From an uncultured Pseudomonadota bacterium (GTDB lineage: Bacteria; Oederibacteriota; Muellerivitia; Muellerivitales; Muellerivitaceae): a stretch of DNA of 64,000 bases. The number at the start of each line of letters is the position of its first letter. Positions within the stretch are counted from its first letter, which is position 1. The DNA lies in assembly GCA_963770835.1 (NCBI GenBank), contig CAVYRH010000019.1, forward strand, positions 411,752 to 475,751. The letters run 5' to 3'. Made by a program: the position numbers and the translations under genes. A model generated the notes under the pieces. The model was given only the letters and a program-made list of their open reading frames with translations. It did not search any database and was not told the origin of the DNA. Positions 62,637 through 64,000 of this stretch are shown here, piece after piece.

Positions 62637-62904
62637 GCCAGGGGCGCGCGGCCACCCGCAGGTACCCCCCCACCAGCTTGTAAGGCTTATCCGGATGGGC
62701 TTGGGACTTCTCCTCGTCCGTGCGGGGCCGCAGGAGGATGGGCTCCTCTTGGCCCCCCAGCCTTAGGGAAGAGGCCATCTCATCCACTTCCTGCTTGGGA
62801 AAGGAGCCGCGGGGGTTGTCCTCCACCACGACGAGGATCTGCTCCAGGGGGACTTTCACGACGGTGGTCAGCGGAGTAAGGGCGGTTTCCATGGGGGCCT
62901 CCAA
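62617..62904 (-). pseudogene. Truncated ParB N-terminal-domain protein
   Basis: RBS GGAGG; NPR..F....EMASSL..GQEEPILLR..YKLVGGYLRVAA, then abrupt switch into ORF6N DNA. Confidence 0.65.
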
Positions 62905-63134
62905 AGAACTGCATATTTAAACTGAGGTTGCTTCGTCATTGACACCAGCCTATTCGGCAGGCATTCCTCGCAATGACAGATCAACTAAAATCAGATGGGA
63001 AAAAGATAATCCCGGAAGTGAGGGCCCGTCAATTTTGAAATGAATTTGGAGTTTATTTTTGGGGAGGGGGATGTCTATTTGCACTAATTATGTCTGGAAA
63101 TACCGGTCAACCCGGCGGTGGAATGCGCCGAGGG

Positions 63135-63188
63135 TTGTCCAATCAGGGGGCCAGTTCATTGCAGAAACTGGCCCCCTGATTGGACAAC
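63135..63188. terminator. Long near-perfect hairpin downstream of vapC
   Basis: TTGTCCAATCAGGGGGCCAGTT..AACTGGCCCCCTGATTGGACAA. Confidence 0.55.
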
Positions 63189-63194
63189 CAAATT

Positions 63195-63629
63195 TCAATT
63201 TTTAACCATGCCGTGCCAATTCTCCATCTTCAGTTGATCGAAATGGCGGTAATTCCGGATGTTGTTGGTGACTAGGATCAAATCATGGACTTTCGCGATG
63301 GAGGCAATCTGCCCATCCGCGAAAGCCGGTGTAAGTCCCAGTCGGGATAAACGGGCACGCTCCCGGCCGTGCCAAGCAGCCGCTTCCGTGTCATAAGGGA
63401 AAATAAGCATGGAGGAGTTTGCTAATTCCGATAGGAATTCCTCTAAAAGGGTCCTTTTTTCGGAGGGTGGCAAGCGGCCGCAGCCGAAGACGAGTTCATG
63501 CCAAACGATGCTTGCGATTCCCATTTCGTCTTTGTGCCGCTCAAGCTTTCTCATCACGTTAGGATTTGGTTTTGCGCGGGCCGCTTCCGAAACAACATTG
63601 GTGTCTAACAAATACCGGGGCTTCACCAC
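63195..63629 (-). CDS. vapC: VapC PIN-domain toxin
   Basis: YLLDTNVVSE..EL..DGQIASIA..LVTNN. Confidence 0.93.
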   Translation of the reverse strand: MVKPRYLLDTNVVSEAARAKPNPNVMRKLERHKDEMGIASIVWHELVFGCGRLPPSEKRTLLEEFLSELANSSMLIFPYDTEAAAWHGRERARLSRLGLTPAFADGQIASIAKVHDLILVTNNIRNYRHFDQLKMENWHGMVKN

Positions 63630-63904
63630 TTAAACTCTCTTCCGTGTCCTGTTTCACGGATCCCCCGGAGATCTTTAGGTTCCAAACCAGCCTTACTCGC
63701 CTTGATGCGCCCGCGGAAGGTCGAAACAACCTCCCAAAACCCGAGACGGGGAGTGGTCAAATGCCGGTAGGCATCTACCGATACCAAGACGGCAACGGGT
63801 TTCCCTCGCCGGGTTATCTCCACCGGTTTCCCTTTTTCCGCATCGTTGATGAGCCCGGGAAAATGGGATCGAGCCTGTGCAATGGTAAAGCTAGTTGGTG
63901 TCAT
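63623..63904 (-). CDS. Phd/YefM antitoxin
   Basis: TIAQAR.HF..LI...VEITRRGKPVAVLVS; RBS AAGGAG; upstream palindrome ATGTACAT..ATGTACAT. Confidence 0.92.
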   Translation of the reverse strand: MTPTSFTIAQARSHFPGLINDAEKGKPVEITRRGKPVAVLVSVDAYRHLTTPRLGFWEVVSTFRGRIKASKAGLEPKDLRGIRETGHGREFKW

Positions 63905-64000
63905 GAATGACTCCTTATGTACATATTGATGTACATTATATGCCCAAAGTTTCACCGTGGCAAGTAATGCTTATTGACTTCTTTGTTGTCCACGACGGGT

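Noticed and set aside
57934..63904. Prophage
   Set aside because: No structural, packaging or lysis genes despite the ORF6N and protease-like genes

Overview
Bacterial chromosomal window with a high-GC backbone and two AT-richer accessory tracts (~7.1-19.4 kb and ~57.9-64 kb). The cell is probably diderm (GT9 heptosyltransferase-like gene, sigma-54 promoters, secreted Thr/Pro-repeat proteins with FlgD-Ig-like tails). From left to right: (1) a metal-uptake-type ABC permease with three DUF3299 paralogues; (2) a truncated Thr/Pro surface protein fused to a broken replication-relaxation gene; (3) a tRNA-Asp-targeted island cluster with TPR-KAP NTPase, HEPN-like gene, RES/Xre TA pair, group II intron, IS200 and MNT-HEPN; (4) a 1.8k-aa Thr/Pro/Asn-repeat surface protein; (5) a ~25 kb nitrogen/potassium locus with frameshifted amtB, three tandem P-II genes, an APC permease-P-II fusion, kdpDE, a CPA2 antiporter, two c-di-AMP riboswitch-KimA-like transporters, kdpFABC plus a fourth P-II, many single-TM micropeptides and a repeated OmpR-type promoter box; (6) a DipZ-like redox gene with a Met/Lys-rich peptide; (7) a repeat-punctuated array of defence-like genes (HNH, HEPN-like, stand-alone phage prohead-protease-like protein, ORF6N, DUF4238, Phd-VapC). 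The best novelty candidates are the P-II/K+ integration locus with the APC-P-II fusion, the prohead-protease-like gene in its repeat-delimited array, and the intron inserted in an att-arm palindrome. All calls come from reading motifs by eye; no searches were run.
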